Source: Paramecium tetraurelia
Taxonomy: Eukaryota
Assembly: GCA_000165425.1 (NCBI GenBank)
Contig: CT868666.1
Coordinates: 62,001 to 126,000 of the forward strand
Direction: 5' to 3'
Length of the DNA: 64,000 nucleotides
Both the position numbers and the translations under genes were made by a program. Under the pieces are notes generated by a model. It was not told the origin of the DNA and searched no databases. It saw nothing but the letters and a program-made list of their open reading frames with translations. Each line of letters starts with the position of its first letter. Positions within the stretch are counted from its first letter, which is position 1. This document shows positions 53,901-64,000 of the stretch, piece after piece.

Positions 53901-54824
53901 TGACATACGTAGCCAATTTAGATGCTTTGATCTAGTCAACTATTGATACATTAAGTACCTTAGAAAATAATATGATATCCTTTGAAAGGTGTTTGGAATT
54001 TACAAAGATCCCTTAAGAAAAAAGCACTTATACCTTAGAAGTGGAACCAGATTGGCCAAAAGATGGAGTTATTTCATTTGATAATCTAGCTGTCAAATAT
54101 AGACCTGATTTACCTTTAGCTCTTAAGCACTTTTCATTTAAAATACATAAAAATGAAAAGATAGGCATTGTTGGAAGAACAGGAGCAGGTAAATCTACTC
54201 TAGCTCTTAGTTTATTAAGGATTTTAGAAGCCCAGGAGGGTCAAATATTAATCGATAATATTAACATCTCTTAGATCTCCCTAGAGAAACTTAGAAATTC
54301 AATCACTTCTATCTAATAAGATGCTATTATATTTAATGGATCTATTAGATAAAATTTAGATCCGTTTCAATAATTTAATGATGACTCAATTAAATAGGTA
54401 CTTAACGATTGTTGTCTCACTAATTTACTTAACCAAAGAAATGGCTTAGAGACTATGATCAGTGAAAGTGGTGACAATCTAAGTGCAGGTGAAAAACAAC
54501 TCATATGCATTGCTAGAGCTATATTAAAGAGAGCAAAAATTGTTCTAATAGATGAAGCCACAGCAAACATAGATATAGAAACAGAATAAAAAATACAAAA
54601 GGTTATATCAAGTTCATTCTCAAATTGCACTGTTTTAATTATTGCCCATCGTATAAACACTATTATGTTATGTGATAGGTAATTATGCGAATTAATTATA
54701 TAGAATTATAGTAATTGATAATGGATAACTAGTTGAAGAGGGTTCATCATAAGTTTTGCTTAATAATCCATCATCCATTTTTTATAATATATATTAAGAA
54801 GTAATTAAAAATGAAGTATTATGA
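50952..54824 (+). CDS. ABC transporter, subfamily C (MRP-like), full length
   Basis: TMD1 ([11 protein letters not shown]), NBD1 ([34 protein letters not shown]), TMD2 ([13 protein letters not shown]) and NBD2 ([30 protein letters not shown]); at least five tiny introns. Confidence 0.93.
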
Positions 54825-55704
54825 AGTTATTAATATTTAAGAATATTAATAAGTTTTTCAGTTCCTAATTTATTTTTATTCAAAGATGTTATTTTTTTAT
54901 AATTTATCAAAAAGTTTTCTTTAATTAGTTAATTAATTTAATAAAATGAGGGAAAATAATTAGTATCAACCAATCTAAGTTTCTATAAAGCATATTTATT
55001 ATTACTCTATTAGAATTGTTATCTTTTATATTTAATCCTATAAAGTCTATGCGGTTTAAAATTAACTAATCTTCCAAAATTAATAAATCTTTGGGATTTG
55101 TAATTCTTAACATTATGAAGAAAAAATTGCAAATAAAAATAATATTGTAATATTAGGATCAAATAATTTCTAGAACTTCATATTACCAAATCCTACATAT
55201 TTAAGTTAATCAAAAATATTTTTGAGGTTAATAAAACAAAGAATATTGTTTAAAAAAAGATTTGATAAATAAATATTAGATTTTTTCATAAAAATTTTAA
55301 ACATCAATTAATTAATTAAGATTCTTTTGAATAATTTATATCATAAACAATTTTTACAATTATATATTCTTGTCTTAGTTCATTTAAAATCATTTTAGCA
55401 AAACTCTTGAGTAATGGTATCATTAAAATAGCATTACTATTGTAAAGAATATGAGATATGAAACATAGCAAAAATTAAATTAAAAAAAATTGAAATTTTA
55501 CGAAGAAAAAAGGAATTATCTTTAATTATAAATATTTTGCCTTCAAGAAAATTATTATTTGATGATAGAAAGATATGTAATACTAAAATAATTCAACCTA
55601 TCTTACTATATTTTTCTCTGATAGACATTTTATATATTAATTAATAAAATGTAGAATTTAGTCAATTAATCTGAAATTTTTTGCTCAATTATTAATATTT
55701 TTAG

Positions 55705-58700
55705 ATGTTTTCTATTCTAAGCGTTCAATTTACGATAATTAGTGCGACTTATACATACATTGCATAGAATGATAGTAATCTTGATGGTAATGAATGAATA
55801 ATATTCTCAGGTTGGTTAATTTATAATTCACAATCTCCGTTCATAACGAACTGTGGAGGAGTAGAAATGTTAGGTGGAATAAACTCATTTAATGAAAATA
55901 CAGTGATTAAAAGAATATTTAGCGATTTGAAACCACATTATTAACTTAGGTTAGATTTCTTGATTTGGACGTAAATTTTATTATTTAACAATAGAATGGA
56001 TTCATCTTCAATGACCGATATAGAAGTTTAATTGGATCAAGAAGATTATGCAGAATCTTAAACTTCGTAGGTTATAGAAGAATAAAATTATTGTGGACTG
56101 ACCAATAAAAATGAAAGTATTAAATTGGTTTCATTTACATTTGGACATAATATTGTTTAAGGAATAGTATTTGTTAAATTTAAATATCATGAAGATAATC
56201 GAGTAATTAATTTAACTACACTAGATTTAATGGGGAATGTAATAGATGCACTTAAAATTAGATTTGTGCTCTTTTGAATGTTTCTATTGCACTGGCCCTT
56301 TAAAATCTGATTGCTAGACCTGGCACAATATACATCATATATTTCCTCTTGGTTTATTCACTGATAAAATTATTTTCAATAATTAAATTAATGAATTTAG
56401 TTAGTATTATGAATGTTAAAAATGTGAGTCAACTCTCATTTTAGATTTAGTTTAAACAACTATAACCACTCCAACTTTAAGGTAATCTGAAATTTTTATC
56501 CAATAGGTAAAATATCACATATCATAATTCTATAATTATTGAAGTGTACAATAATGGGACATTGATAATTCTTTTGATTCAGAAATATGGAATAGCGGAA
56601 TTCAATTTACGACTATATTCAAGGTTGGAATTGGAATTATGGGGATAATAAGTACTACTTTAATACTAAATAAACTATCATTTGGATACTTTTTTTCCAT
56701 TTATACCTGGTTGTTCAGATTATTTTAAAAAGGAGTGTGTATAATGTCTGCAAGGATGGAAACTGAATATAATGGAATAATTATGTTACCCTATTTGTGG
56801 AAATAACAAAATCGAAGGATACGAAGAATGCGATGATGGTAATTTTAGTCCTTTTGATGGATGCTTTGAATGCAAATATTAATGCATTTAACATTGTGAT
56901 GAATGTATCTATGGAATTTGTAAAAAATGTGAATTTAGATTTATATATGATGAAGAGAGGAAAATTTGTTTACCAAATTGTTAAGAAGGGATGGTAATTC
57001 CATTTACTGAGAATTTATGTGATCGCTATAATTGGTTGGAGAATTGCAGGTAATTCTGTTTACTTTGTATTAATTCGGATTGTGCTCAATGCGAAAAGGG
57101 ATTTGATTTGAGGAATGGTGTCTGCAATCCTATATGTGGGGATAAAATAGTGTTACCAGATTTAGAAGAATGTGATGATGGCAATAATAAAATTGATGAA
57201 TGTCATGAATGCAAATTAGTTTGTGAGAGAGGATGCGATATTTGTGAAAAGGGTATATGCAAATTAAATTGCCAAAAAACTTATGGGATTGGGTTTTATT
57301 TTGATGATGTAAATTGCAGATAAATATGTGGAGATTCTATAGTTACAGCTTTTGAAGAGTGTGATGATGGTAATGACATTGAATATGATGGCTGCTTTAA
57401 TTGTAAATACTCTTGTGAATAGAATTGTTTGGATTGCTAAAATGGTTAGTGTGTCAAATATCAAAGCAGTTGTGGTGATGCTAAATTATAAGGCTAAGAA
57501 GTGTGTGATGACGGAAACAATGATTAATTAGACGGTTGTTTTAATTGTGCTGTAGAACCTGGTTGGAACTGCATTTAAATAAAACAAAATACTTTTTGCA
57601 ATAGAATTAACCCTCCCCAATTTATTTCTAAGTTCTTATCTATTCAAAATAACAAATAATTAGTCCTTTTCCAATTTTCATAAGAAATAAAAATCATAAA
57701 AGGATGTAATTTAACTGAATCTATGGTCTTAAGCATCCTTAATATCTCAAATTCTGAATATATATTGACATATATTGAGAAAGAAGAGCCTTTAGAAGAA
57801 TAGGTTTAAGAATCTTATTATATAATTTAAATTGAAATTAATACCTAAACTTAATCTAAACCAATCTTATATATAGATTTAAATGCTACTATTCTTAATA
57901 ATGATAATGAGAATATGTAATAATTATAATATGAATTACAACTTGAGGTATCATAATTTTTAACACCAAAATAAAGAGAATATAGCAACAGCATAAAAGG
58001 TGTAAATTCCTATTTCATTTATGGTCAATTAGCAATTGGAGGTTTTTTTTTCCTTATAGGATAACCAGATATTCTTTTTTCCATGTTGGACATTTTACAA
58101 TATTTTTCATATCTTAGGTACATCACAGTTACCTTTCCATTTAATTTAGAAATTTTCTTTCAAATAAGCGATCAAATATCTTTTTCACTGCTTTATGAGT
58201 TCATCAAATTCGAAGAAATTTTAAATTTGATTATTCCACTAAATTACATGAGTCCCTAGTTTGGTAAATTCTTATAATATGATTAAAATGCAGACTTGTT
58301 ATCAAACTTTATCCCTTAAATGATTTAAGGTTTGATTTTTATACTATTTATATTATCTAAGGGTTTTGTTTACAGATTTCTTTACTATATAATGATTAAT
58401 ACTAAACTTTTTATCTGTTTGAATTTTTTGTAATCAATTATTAATTGCAAGTTGATGTTGAGAATATATTAATACTTATATTAAGTAAGCAGATCATTAA
58501 TTAAAGTTCCAAAATATTTTAATAGTCAATAGATAACCAATTTAATGTTTATCAATGGTTGGGATCTAATATTCAAGTGTTTTCTCTACTTAAAAACATT
58601 TGAAAATTATTCAAATAGAAATATCATTTCAATTGTTCTTGCTAGTTTAATTTTAGCCTTTTATGGATACATAATACAGAATTCACTAAGCACAAGTACA

Positions 58701-59153
58701 ATCTTTATGAAAAGCAAAAAGAACTAATATCTTGAATAACGATTTGAAGCATTAGATTTAATTAAATAGATTATTCTGCTTTATGCCTTGATTTTCATTG
58801 ATAAGACTGAAATTATCCAAATAGCTATATTGTTCTTGAATTGTTTAATATCAATGGTAATAATTTTCAATAGAAGAAGACATCAGCATTTATAAAATTG
58901 TGTTTCAAAAATTTTGTCAGAAGGATCAATATTATTATTTATATTCATTTCCTTAGTATATATAAAGGATTTTCCTATTTATATATCAGGTGAACATAAA
59001 ATTATTATCGGGTGGATTCACATTTTCCTTTTGTCATTTATTCTAGCACTACCAATTATTCAGCTTGCTAAAGATTTCTCCTTATGGTTTTATAAACGAT
59101 TGTTGTAAATAAGAAAAACAATTAATACAAGAAAACAAATTTGGTTGTTTTGA
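55705..59153 (+). CDS. Cys-rich surface protein with CGD....EECDDGN....DGC repeats and a C-terminal multi-TM domain
   Basis: Signal peptide MFSILSVQFTIISA, four CG(N/D)...CDDGN repeats (56.8-57.55 kb), LDILQYFSYLRYITVTFPFNL and several TM segments ending IIGWIHIFLL. Confidence 0.82.
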
Positions 59154-60061
59154 ATTGATTCGTAATTTTTGTTTTGTACATGAATATTTATGAGACATAG
59201 AATTAATCTTCAACATAATTTATAGTTATACAAATAACAGTTCAATTCATTTCAATAATATAAAATATTTTGTATATTCATGTTTATTACTTAAATTTAA
59301 CAGCCAAGATTAGATAAAAAATGAAATTTACTTAATTACCTACATGTCTCAATAATTATCAAATTAAAAGATATGAATATTCTAACATTTTCTTCTATTT
59401 TAAGAATGTTAAATATTTATTTCTTCTTTCAAGGATGTAATATCAAATTAACAACTACTTTATCTATTCCTAAACAAAAATTATAATTTATATTAAGATC
59501 ATATTATTATCTTCTTCTTTATATCTTATTATATATTTGATAATAATTTTTTCAAAATGTGTACCTACTTTGCATTCGTTTGGTGAGAAATTTATTGGAA
59601 TCATGTTTATTTTTTATTTACTACGCGGTTCAATTAAAAAAGTATTCATATTTGCTTCTAATTATTAAATTTACATCGCTTTTGAACATGAAATATTTTT
59701 GTTAATATTAGAAATTTGATACCTAGACAAACTTTTTATTATTATCTATTTTATAAGATCTCAAATCTAGAGAATTTTATTACTAATTTTATCTCAAATC
59801 TTAGGAAATTTATCTTCATTCGCTTTTCCATATTGACTTAGAGTATTATCAAAATCTATTGTTCTAGTATTTTAAAGCAGTAACATAAGTTTAAAAAAAT
59901 AAGTAACAATAGAGCAATTTTTCAAATCCTTGAATATTATTATCTTATTTTAACTAATTACAAGAAGTGAAATAATTGATATCCAACTTGTTTTTTACTG
60001 AATCGGCTATTATTCTATTTAATTTGAATAAGCCAAAAGGTTAATATAATTATATTTAATT

Positions 60062-61860
60062 CAAAATACAGAAAAACAACAAGAATTACAATTTTTTTAA
60101 AGAAAAAAATTTAATCGTCCTAACAAAGATTCTAGTGTTAACTCCAGCAGATCTGGTTCCTTTTAAAGTCATGACTAATACTCGTGTCGTAAGCGAGGGC
60201 TTGACTTTTATTCCTTAATGTTGTATGTTAAGAAGTATCAACTGACCGAAATCAAGATGTTCTTGAACAAATTAGGCCTGGAAGGTGACAATAAATAAGA
60301 TTGGGAAGTTATAATAAAGGAATTAATAACCAAAATGGATCCAAAGGATTCTAGAGTGAGCATGATTTGAGTCATCCTATGTACCTTCGGAGAAGAAATT
60401 AATTAGTCTGGGCTAGGCCTCAGATGATTAGATGGTACACCAATATATTTAACGCATAAAATTAACTTTAAAGAATAAAAGAATATAATTGAATAAGTTC
60501 AATAATTGGCCAAAAAAGACTGGTGTAATTGGGAAAAATATATGAATAGTCACATTTTTAAAAAAAGATAAATTTTCCTATTAAAAAATTATATAATTTG
60601 GTTGGTGATAAAACAAAAATAATAATCAGCCAAGGTTTTAAATCAAATCAGACTTGGACAGAAAAATTTTAGAGAAGTAAGGTATCATCTGTTTAGGAAA
60701 TATCCTCTATGAAAGATTAGAATAAGAACTTATAGCTGAGTTAAAAGGAGCAAGTAGGATGGTTGATGTGATGAAAACGGAGTGTTCCCTAGTTAATCAT
60801 CATTATTATTTTTACGAATTTAATTATCTAATAATAAAAGATGCATTCACTTTATGAGATGGAATTACAATCTTATTCAAGTCAATATCCAGAGAGAACT
60901 TATAGATTAGTTTAAAGAGACATATGAGTGAGATCGTCATAAATTCCTAACTCAGGTAAATTGGAGAAAGAAGCCAATATAAACATTTGGAATGGAAAAA
61001 TCATAGAAATATGTCTAAAATACTTTGGAAGATATAATACTGGATGATATGGAACCTACTTCATATTTTAAAATTAAAAAACAAAGAAAATAAAATTAAA
61101 AGAAGGTTGCCTTTGTCTAGAATAGAGACATAGATACTGAAATTCCTGGTCACAAGAATAAGAAATTAAGGTAATCTTAAATAGTTAATTTCCCTGAATT
61201 TAAATAAAACCTACTAAGAACTATTCCTATAATGAAAAATAATCAGACAGCTAAAAGACAAGTTTTAAACTTCCAATGAAAGGAGAAATCGTAGATGGCT
61301 ACATAAGTAGAATAGCTACAATTGGAAATAGGATTTTTATCTAAGAGATCCTAGTTAATTCAACTGGCTAATGAAATCCAATTTGATTAAATGAATAAGA
61401 AATTAAAGAACTAAAATAAACAATTCTGGCAATGGAAAACAAGGTTAACATGCTGGATTAAAAAGTAGTTCCTGATCATTTGAACTATATCATACTATCA
61501 GATTTAGTTAGAGAGATTATTGTGGAATAGAAAATTTTCTTTTTTAGCTGGCTATTTAAAGAATAATAAGATAAACATTAAACCTTGCGATGTTTAATGG
61601 TGGAGAATTAAGATTTCTAACTCCAAAATAATACCAATCAAACAATTTAATACAGCTTAGTAAGAAAGATACATGACATTTTTGAATTATAATGCTATGT
61701 TTACTAAGCTGGCCTCGGTTTAAGAAAGGCAGAAATATTTACGATGGCAAAACAAAATGATGAGATCAATTAATAAGCTATAAATAGCTATGATTTAATA
61801 ATGTAAGGAATTAATATAAGGAAAATTGAAGGTGGTCTTATATTTATAAAGAATTGATAG
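60062..61860 (+). pseudogene. Decayed ORF(s) of unknown origin
   Basis: A coding-like frame (…LMLYVKKYQLTEIKMFLNKLGLEGDNKQDWEVIIKELITKMDPKD…) is broken by in-frame TGAs near 60368 and 60425 and by later frameshifts. Confidence 0.4.
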
Positions 61861-62329
61861 TTTTTGCGAGACTATCTTGAGCTATTTTTCCTTAATTCCC
61901 TACCTTGCGGTGAAAAAGCAATTTAGGCTGTCAAAGCCCTTGTACTGTAAAGCTTTTGTACAGGCGTTACTGTTGAGTAGAATTCACTCTCAACTCATAG
62001 TATATATGTGGAGTTCACTTATGGAAGCAGTATGGACATAATTATTGTTATTGATAACTCTCCAAGATTTTGTTTCGTTAGGTATGTAGAAGATAGATTG
62101 GAAATTGTTTAAATATCAGATATAGATTATGACCTGAGAACCCTAAATTCGCTAGTGCATATGGTTTCTTTTCTAATCAACCTTCAGTAGAACTGTAGGA
62201 TGATGTCGTCCATTATCTGTTTGATTGATTTTGCAGAACATTTTAAGGATTGAGAGAGGATATCCCATTAGAATTATGACATATCAATTAAATTTAAGAC
62301 AAGAATTAAAATTGTTTACAATATATTCC

Positions 62330-63760
62330 TAAATGTGGTTCTATACATTATATTTAATTCTTTACTAAGATTTTTACAATTTTTCAAAATATACAGCAAC
62401 TTATTTTTCAATATACAATTAGCTAATATGGCGTCTGAGGAAATTAATATTCAAACTTTTCTATTTTAGTCTAGGTAAAGGATTTAAAAGATAAAGCGTA
62501 TGGGAACAAAATTTAGATAAAAATTATTATTGCATACAAAAAATCAATAGCCATTAATAATGAGTCTAAGCGTCATATTTATAAGTAACATTAGCTTCAA
62601 TCCATTTACAATTAGAGATAATAATGATAAAAATCCTCCTAGAAGAGAATTAAAGATAGATATTTATCAGATTATTGTATTTATGTATTAAAGTTGCTGT
62701 AACAACCCTTTATCGATATGGGCATTTTTTAATTATGACTCTTATGAAATAAAATTCATGTATCAAAGTATATATTAGAAAAGTAGAGTGAATCATCAAA
62801 TGATTCTTGACTAGCCTTTACTATAAGGGAAATTAGAGGTTTAAATCTCTGTTATTTAGCAATAAAAAGCAGTCAATTGATTATGTTAAAATCTGATATA
62901 TATATCAATTGAGGCATTATTTGCATAATCTACAAATGTTTTGTTAAATTTTATAAATACCCCAGATTAAAATTTCTCCATTGATATTGTTCTTCGCATA
63001 ATGCACGAAGTATAAAAGATAATTGTTTATATTTTTAAATTTCCTGTTACCCTCTTTTGCAACTCGACTTTATATTAAAATACAAATTATGAATCTATAT
63101 ATTATGAAAATACTTTTAAGGATAAAAGTTAGATGCCATCACTTATTTTAACAGTATTAGAATAATGTCTCCAAATCCAGGTTTTAGTTTAAACTTGGTG
63201 AAATCATTTCAGATAAGAGACCACAAATTAGAATTAATATTTAGTTAATAAAAACCCAAATTAGCATCTCAAATATAACAGTACAGAAAATTTGATTATT
63301 CATTTCTCCAAATTTATAAGGAAGAGTTGTTATATTGGTTTAGAAATAAATAATTTTTTCAAAGTGGAATTTACTAGCGTCGTCGTTAAAGTAGATAATA
63401 ATATCGTCTAAATTATAATCCAATTCAGTAAAAGGATTTTGTGGATAGTTTTTGAATTTTTTATGTAAAGCTATTTTCATGATTTATATCAAGTACATTT
63501 AAATTGCTGTATCATTTCAATATATGGATCACCTATATTCTGCCTCTTAAGTCACAAATCAATATGTAAATTTTATTAATTATCATTATATTTATCAAGT
63601 GCGTAGATTCGAAAACTTAGGTTGTATAATGTATTCTCATTGAGTCCAGTCGAAGCATTCATAAGCTTATACAAGCAGCCATTAGGAAAATATAGACAAT
63701 CATTATATTTATCTCTTTAAATAATAGGTATTTATAACTTACTCAATCTCGAAATTCTAT
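62330..63760 (-). pseudogene. Degraded pseudogene of the same family as the giant surface protein at 10397-19401 (C-terminal part)
   Basis: Collinear remnants versus the intact gene: YNLSFRIYALDK/YNLTFRILALNK, DYNLDDIIIYF/DYNLDDMIIYF, KLKPGF/KLRPGY, ALCEE/ALCEQ, SIDCFL/SLDCFL, LLGGFLSLLS/LLGGFISLLS and WIEANVTYKYD/WIQGNVSYRYD. Many frameshifts and stops lie between them. Confidence 0.8.
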
Positions 63761-64000
63761 TGTTCATTAAATTACACTTTTCCAATAAATAATTTTATCC
63801 CCTGAATTAGCTGATTGACTTTTTTAAATGGAGATCATAAATGTTTTGGTAAGTGTTTAATTTATGGTACCATCATTAATTTTAGAAATTAAGGCTAATT
63901 CAATAAATAGGTATTCCTCACGACCACTCTTTCAGTTCGTAGGCTTTAAAAAATAGCTTCTAAAGTTAAAGAAAAAATTGAGATAAAATTTGAATTCTAA

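Overview
AT-rich, gene-dense ciliate DNA, almost certainly Paramecium. TAA/TAG read as Gln, TGA is the only stop, GT-AG introns are 22-35 nt and intergenic gaps are often under 100 bp. The supplied standard-code ORF track therefore fragments real genes and many of its ORFs are antisense artefacts. I saw no IES-like interruptions in the long genes, so this looks like somatic macronuclear sequence. Manual translation supports about 28 genes. These include EFHC1/RIB72, an ABHD-type hydrolase, DRC8/EFCAB2, a Rab, RPL23A, three trichocyst matrix protein (TMP) genes, a ~9-kb Cys-rich/beta-helix multi-TM surface protein, an Aurora-like kinase, an RNA-dependent RNA polymerase (DLDGD), CCDC153/DRC12, LUC7, PRP40, an EB1-like protein, an MSH6-like gene, a LIN52-like gene, a PH-OSBP protein, an ABCC transporter and a Cys-repeat membrane protein. 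The most striking structure is a pair of ~1.2-kb inverted, near-identical TMP gene bodies (21063-22268 and 41391-42595). They carry unrelated signal peptides and bracket a 19-kb block containing the RdRP. Also notable are an MSH6 paralogue lacking the mismatch-recognition motif, and a decayed, gene-poor right end with a pseudogene of the giant surface-protein family. Exon boundaries were placed by eye and family calls come from motif recognition, not database searches.
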